Below the pieces are notes generated by a model. The model had not been told where the DNA came from, did no database searches, and worked only from the letters and a program-made list of their open reading frames with translations. The position numbers and the translations under genes were made by a program. Shown one piece after another: positions 27,193 through 32,000 of a stretch of DNA of 32,000 nt. The stretch is from Alkalilimnicola ehrlichii MLHE-1 (GTDB taxonomy: Bacteria; Pseudomonadota; Gammaproteobacteria; Nitrococcales; Halorhodospiraceae), in the NCBI RefSeq assembly GCF_000014785.1, contig NC_008340.1:1860001-1892000 (forward strand), read 5' to 3'. The stretch's first letter is position 1, and each line of letters starts with the position of its first letter.

Positions 27193-29382
27193 ATGACCCA
27201 ACGTATCGAAGTCGGCGGCCTGCAGGTCGCCCAGGAGCTCTACGATCTGGTTGCCAAGGAGATCGCCCCGGCCACTGGCGTGGACGCGGATGGTTTCTGG
27301 ACCCACCTCGGCGCCATCGTACGCGATCTGGGCGCCCGCAACCGTGAACTGCTGCAGAAACGCGACGAAATCCAGCAGGCGATCGACAAGTGGCACCTGG
27401 AGCGCAAGGGGCAGCCGCACGATGCTGCGGCGTATAAGACCTTCCTTGAGGAGCTTGGCTACCTCCAGCCCGAGGGCGAGGACTTCGAGGCCACCACCGA
27501 GAACGTCGACCCGGAGATCGCCGAGGTGGCCGGCCCCCAGCTGGTGGTGCCCATCAACAACGCCCGCTTTGCGCTGAACGCCGCGAACGCCCGCTGGGGC
27601 AGCCTGTACGACGCGCTCTACGGTTCCGACGTCCTGCCCGAGGACGACGGCGCCGAGAAGGGCACCCGCTACAACCCGGTACGCGGCAAGAAGGTGATGG
27701 AATATGCCGGCCGGGTGCTGGATGAGGTCGCACCGCTGGCTCAAGGCCGGCACGGCGACGTGGTGGCCTACAACCTGGTGGATGACAACGGCCGCAAACG
27801 GCTGCAGGCCCGGCTGTCGGACGGCAGCGAGACCGGGCTGGCCGATCCGGAGGGCCTGGCGGGTTATAACGGTGCTGAGGACGACCCCACCGTCCTGCTG
27901 CTGCGCCACAACGGCCTGCATGTGGAGATCCAGATCGATCGCGAGCACCTGATCGGCAAGGACCACCCCGCCGGCGTGAAGGACGTGGTCATGGAGGCGG
28001 CCGTCACCGCCATCATGGACTGCGAGGACTCCGTGGCCGCGGTGGATGCGGAGGATAAGACAGCGGTCTACCGCAACTGGCTGGGCCTGATGAACGGCGA
28101 TCTGGAGACCAGTCTGGAAAAGGGCGGCAAAACCATCCAGCGCAGACTGAATGCCGACCGCGACTACATCGGCGCCGATGGCCGCGCCCTCACCCTGCCC
28201 GGGCGCAGCCTGATGCTGATCCGCAACGTCGGCCACCTGATGACCACGCCGGCGGTGCTCGACGCGGACGGCAACGAGATCCCCGAGGGCATCCTCGACG
28301 GCATGGTCACCTCCCTGATCGCGCTATACGACCTCAAGGGCCTGGGCCGCTACCGCAACTCCCGCTCCGGCAGCATGTACATCGTCAAGCCGAAGATGCA
28401 CGGGCCGGACGAGGTGGCCTTCGCGGTGGAGCTCTTCGGCCGCATCGAGGACGCCCTGGGCATGGAGCGCAACACCCTCAAGATCGGCGTCATGGACGAG
28501 GAACGGCGCACCACCGTCAACCTCAAGGCCTGCATCCGGGAGGCGAAGGAACGCATCATCTTTATCAATACCGGCTTCCTCGACCGCACCGGCGACGAGA
28601 TGCACACCTCCATGGAGGCCGGGCCGATGATCCGCAAGGCGGAGATGAAGAGCTCCCGCTGGCTTAATGCCTACGAGGACTGGAACGTGGACATCGGCCT
28701 GGAGTGCGGGCTGCGCGGCCGCGCTCAGATCGGCAAGGGGATGTGGACCATGCCGGACCTGATGAAGGGCATGATGGAGGCCAAGATCGGCCACCCGAAG
28801 GCGGGTGCCAACTGCGCCTGGGTGCCCTCCCCCACTGCGGCCACCCTGCACGCCATCCACTACCACCAGGTCAACGTGGCCGAAGTGCAGGATCGGCTGG
28901 CCGGTCAGCGGCGGGCCACCCTGGATGATCTACTGACCATCCCGCTGGAGCCCAGCCCCAGCTGGTCCGCCGAGGAGATCCAGCAGGAGCTGGACAACAA
29001 CTGTCAGGGCATCCTGGGCTACGTGGTGCGCTGGGTCGACCAGGGTATCGGCTGCTCCAAGGTCCCGGACATCAACAACGTCGGGCTGATGGAGGACCGT
29101 GCCACCCTGCGTATCGCCAGCCAGCTGCTGGCCAACTGGCTGCACCATGGCATCTGCTCCGAGGAGCAGATCATGGAGACCATGAAGCGCATGGCCAAGG
29201 TGGTGGACCAACAGAACGCGGGCGACCCCAACTACCGGCCCATGGCCGCCGATTACGACGGCAGCGTGGCCTTCCAGGCCGCCTGCGAGCTGGTCCTCAA
29301 GGGCCGCGAGCAGCCCAGCGGCTACACCGAACCGGTGCTACACCGCCGCCGTCGGGAGGCCAAGGCCAAGTTCGGTGCCTGA
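27193..29382 (+). CDS. glcB: Malate synthase G
   Basis: 729 aa: [26 protein letters not shown]..., [119 protein letters not shown]. Confidence 0.97.
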
Positions 29383-29415
29383 ACCGGCCTAAACGGTCGC
29401 TAACGGCCTGTCCTG

Positions 29416-29442
29416 AAAGCCCGGCTTCGGCCGGGCTTTTTT
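29416..29442 (+). terminator. Intrinsic terminator downstream of glcB
   Basis: AAAGCCCGGC-TTCG-GCCGGGCTTTTTTT: perfect 10-bp stem, UUCG tetraloop and a T-run. Confidence 0.92.
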
Positions 29443-29547
29443 TGTGCTTCCCCCTGCCTCCGGCGCCCCCTTCAGGCCGCTCCGGGGATGACGGCGGCGG
29501 GCGGTCACGCTATCCTGAGGCCACACATTACTGGCTATGGATATATC

Positions 29548-30519
29548 ATGCGCCGAATCATCCTGCTCACCGCCCTGGCCCTGCTGTTGCCGCTGTCCGC
29601 CGCCGCCCGCCAGGGTGACCCGCTCCCCGGCCCCCTGGTCAGCGCCGACTGGCTGGCGGCGCATCTGGATGACGTGGTGGTCCTCGACATCCGCACCGAC
29701 ATCGACAGCTTCAGCACCGGTCTGGCGCCCTCGGACGACGAGGAGGGCATGGGGCTGTGCTCAGACCCACTGCCCATGGGCAGTCACCGGATTGAGGGGC
29801 ATATCCCCGGGGCGCGGCTGGTCCGACTCGCGGACATCACCGGTCAATACCCCGGCCCGAACGGCCCCATCGGGGGCATGCTGGCAGAGCCCGCCGCCTT
29901 CCAGGCGGCCATGCAGGCGGCCGGTGTCAATGCGGGGCAGCCGGTGGTGGTGACCAGCCAGGGGCTGTCGATCAGTGACATGGCCAATGCCACTCGCCTC
30001 TACTTCGCCCTGCGCCACTTCGGCCATGACTCGGTAGCCTTGCTCGACGGCGGGGTCGCCGGCTGGATCGACGCCGGCCACGATTTCGCCACCCGGCAGC
30101 TCCCCTTCGAGCCCGGTGATTTTCAGGCAGGCCCCGGCGACGCAACGTTGCTGGCCACCCGCGGACAGATCGAGGCGGGTGAGGCCGGGGCCCTGGTGGA
30201 CGGCCGCTCTGGTGGCGAGTTCAGGGGGCTCCTGGACAGCAGCTCGGTGGCGGGCCGTGGGCACCTGCCCGGCGCGCTGCATATCCCCATGGGGGACCTG
30301 GGGAGCAGTGGCCGCCCGGCCTACCTGCACGACACCGAGCGGCAGCAGGCCACCTTTTCCGCCGTGCCCGACGGCCCGCTGACGGTCTATTGCGACACCG
30401 GTCGACGCGCCACGCTGCACTGGTTCGTGCTCAACGAACTGCTCGGGAAGCCGGCCCGGCTCTACGACGGCTCCCTGCACGAGTGGACCCACCAGGGCGG
30501 CGACCTGGCCCGGCCCTGA
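29548..30519 (+). CDS. Exported two-domain rhodanese-like sulfurtransferase
   Basis: Signal peptide MRRIILLTALALLLPLSAAA; VVVLDIRTD...GHIPGARLV; second domain GALVDGRSGGEFRG...GHLPGALHIP and active-site VYCDTGRRA. Confidence 0.86.
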   Translation: MRRIILLTALALLLPLSAAARQGDPLPGPLVSADWLAAHLDDVVVLDIRTDIDSFSTGLAPSDDEEGMGLCSDPLPMGSHRIEGHIPGARLVRLADITGQYPGPNGPIGGMLAEPAAFQAAMQAAGVNAGQPVVVTSQGLSISDMANATRLYFALRHFGHDSVALLDGGVAGWIDAGHDFATRQLPFEPGDFQAGPGDATLLATRGQIEAGEAGALVDGRSGGEFRGLLDSSSVAGRGHLPGALHIPMGDLGSSGRPAYLHDTERQQATFSAVPDGPLTVYCDTGRRATLHWFVLNELLGKPARLYDGSLHEWTHQGGDLARP

Positions 30520-30531
30520 CCGACACTTCGG

Positions 30532-30569
30532 CCCCTCATCCGGACCGGGGCGCTCATCCGGATGAGGGG
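30532..30569. repeat. Inverted repeat with nested palindrome in the convergent intergenic region
   Basis: CCCCTCATCCG (30532-30542) ... CGGATGAGGGG (30559-30569); inner perfect 14-bp palindrome CTCATCCGGATGAG (30553-30566). Confidence 0.7.
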
Positions 30570-30585
30570 TCGCTACTTGTGCGCG

Positions 30586-31374
30586 TTATGCCTCGGCGGT
30601 TCCCGCCGCGAGTGCCGCCTGCACCCCGTCCCAGAACCGGATGCGGGCATCCACCGCCTGCTGTGCCGCCGCCTCGGCCTCGGCATATCGATCCGGGTCC
30701 CCCTCGCACAGGGCATCGAGTAGCTGCAGCGAGAGCGGACCGTGGAAGTCCGCGTCCAGATGGATGTGCCGGTTGAGGTAGTAGTGAAAGGTGGGCGCCT
30801 GAGCCTCCGTCACACCCATGCGGGCGAGGAAGGCCCGAAACATACCGGGTATGATGTGCTCGCGGCCCAGCGCCAGGGCCGCTGCCACGCAGTGGGGGCG
30901 ATCCTCACGGATAAAGCCGAAGGTGGTCTGCATAAACGTCCGCGCAGGCGCCGGCACCTCCGGCAGCGTCAGGGCCCGGTCGATGCCCGCCTCCGCGACC
31001 CGCTCCACAAAGGCCAGTGGGACACGGGTGTCCGCCCCCATCTCCCGCATGGCGTGGCAGTAAAGCTCGAAGTGGCTGGCGTGGCCCTGGGCACTGCCGG
31101 GGGGCGCCTCGTCCGACTCCTCCTCCTGCACCAGGCTGTTGATGAAATAGCGCAGGGGGCCCTGTCCTGGCACGGGCACCCAGGGATAGCTCGCAGGCGC
31201 CACCTGGTTCTGGAGGTATTTCACCAGGGACATGAAATCCCAGACCGAATAGATATGGTGCTCCATGAACCGGCAGAGCTGCTCGCGGGTCTCAATGGCG
31301 CCATAGACCGGATGGGCCTCCAGTCGGGTCTGGGCGGCCTCGATCACTTCGGGGCTGAAGGCGGTACGGGTCAT
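30586..31374 (-). CDS. DUF3050 family protein (predicted heme-oxygenase-like all-helical fold)
   Basis: 262 aa: LCRFMEHHIYSVWDFMSLVKYLQ, YFINSLVQEEESDE, SHFELYCHAMREMGADT, GREHIIPGMFRAFL, YYLNRHIHLDADFHGPLSLQLL. Confidence 0.8.
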   Translation of the reverse strand: MTRTAFSPEVIEAAQTRLEAHPVYGAIETREQLCRFMEHHIYSVWDFMSLVKYLQNQVAPASYPWVPVPGQGPLRYFINSLVQEEESDEAPPGSAQGHASHFELYCHAMREMGADTRVPLAFVERVAEAGIDRALTLPEVPAPARTFMQTTFGFIREDRPHCVAAALALGREHIIPGMFRAFLARMGVTEAQAPTFHYYLNRHIHLDADFHGPLSLQLLDALCEGDPDRYAEAEAAAQQAVDARIRFWDGVQAALAAGTAEA

Positions 31375-31982
31375 CAGCGGTTCTCCTCACGGTTCACTTG
31401 GGGGTCCGATTCGGCGGCTGCCGGCGCCCCGGAAATCAGCGGCTCCAGCAGTTCACCGATGGCCTTGTGCAGGCGCTCGGCCATGGCCGGCCCCTCCACC
31501 TCGGTCAACTGAGCGTGGAGCCAGACATCGTCCTCGTGGCCGGCCGCGCGCCCGCCCAGGGCCCCGAGGCAATTGAAGGCGGCGTAACCCGGCATCTCAC
31601 CGTCATAGCCGGCACGCGCATAGGTGGCCAGCCGTTCGTGGGCCCGGCGCACCAGGGCCACCCCGGCCTCCGGGTCGGCCACGCTCTCGGCGGCGCCGCT
31701 GCTCATGCGCTCGACCATGGCGGCCACCAGCCGGCGGCGGTGGTCGTCGTCCACACCGCGCAGCCAGGCGAGCCGGTCCACCATCTGCACGGCGAACAGG
31801 GCCAGCTCCTCCACCAGCGCCAGATGCCCACCGGCACGATCAGTCACCGGCCCATGCTCCGAGATATCGCGCACGGTTTGCGTTGCCATGCGCCAAGCCA
31901 GCATGGCGGCGGCCCCTCCCACCTGCTCCGGGTCGCGCGTTTGGCCGTGGCGGAACCAACGGGTCTTCATCCTCATCGCCAT
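31374..31982 (-). CDS. Uncharacterised helical protein, translationally coupled to the DUF3050 gene
   Basis: 202-aa ORF whose TGA overlaps the downstream ATG (TGATG at 31372-31376); no family recognised. Confidence 0.65.
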   Translation of the reverse strand: MAMRMKTRWFRHGQTRDPEQVGGAAAMLAWRMATQTVRDISEHGPVTDRAGGHLALVEELALFAVQMVDRLAWLRGVDDDHRRRLVAAMVERMSSGAAESVADPEAGVALVRRAHERLATYARAGYDGEMPGYAAFNCLGALGGRAAGHEDDVWLHAQLTEVEGPAMAERLHKAIGELLEPLISGAPAAAESDPQVNREENR

Positions 31983-32000
31983 GCGCTATTCCACCTCCGT

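Noticed and set aside
27166-28236. 356-aa minus-strand ORF
   Set aside because: Shadow of malate synthase G.

Overview
High-GC gammaproteobacterial chromosomal window; the gene content looks Ectothiorhodospiraceae/Alkalilimnicola-like, which is inference only. Coding is dense and mostly housekeeping or respiratory. In order: 3' part of hrpA (-), a YfcE-like metallophosphoesterase, thrH, a cluster of 76-bp MITE/REP-like elements with a ~29-bp tandem array, a Bax inhibitor-1/YccA membrane protein, an AAA-TM-SPOR (DamX-like) protein, tRNA-Glu(UUC), an AraC-type regulator, a SAM methyltransferase fused to a four-TM MerC-like tail, an ECF sigma factor preceded by a small ZAS anti-sigma gene, a divergent paralogous methyltransferase, a class I glutamine amidotransferase, a 1.3-kaa DUF3683-type FAD/Fe-S/CCG oxidoreductase, a MATE transporter, an exported BFN-PDZ protein, regBA divergent from cydDC, a dCache-PAS-GGDEF-EAL protein, malate synthase G, a periplasmic rhodanese, a DUF3050 protein and an uncharacterised partner. 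No CRISPR array, transposase, phage or known defence cassette was recognised. The best candidate for an undercharacterised system is the ~4.3-kb locus at 6746..11022: soluble anti-sigma, ECF sigma, methyltransferase-membrane fusion and AraC on the minus strand, with a divergent paralogous methyltransferase preceded by a well-spaced ECF-type promoter motif (GGAAC-N17-CGTC).
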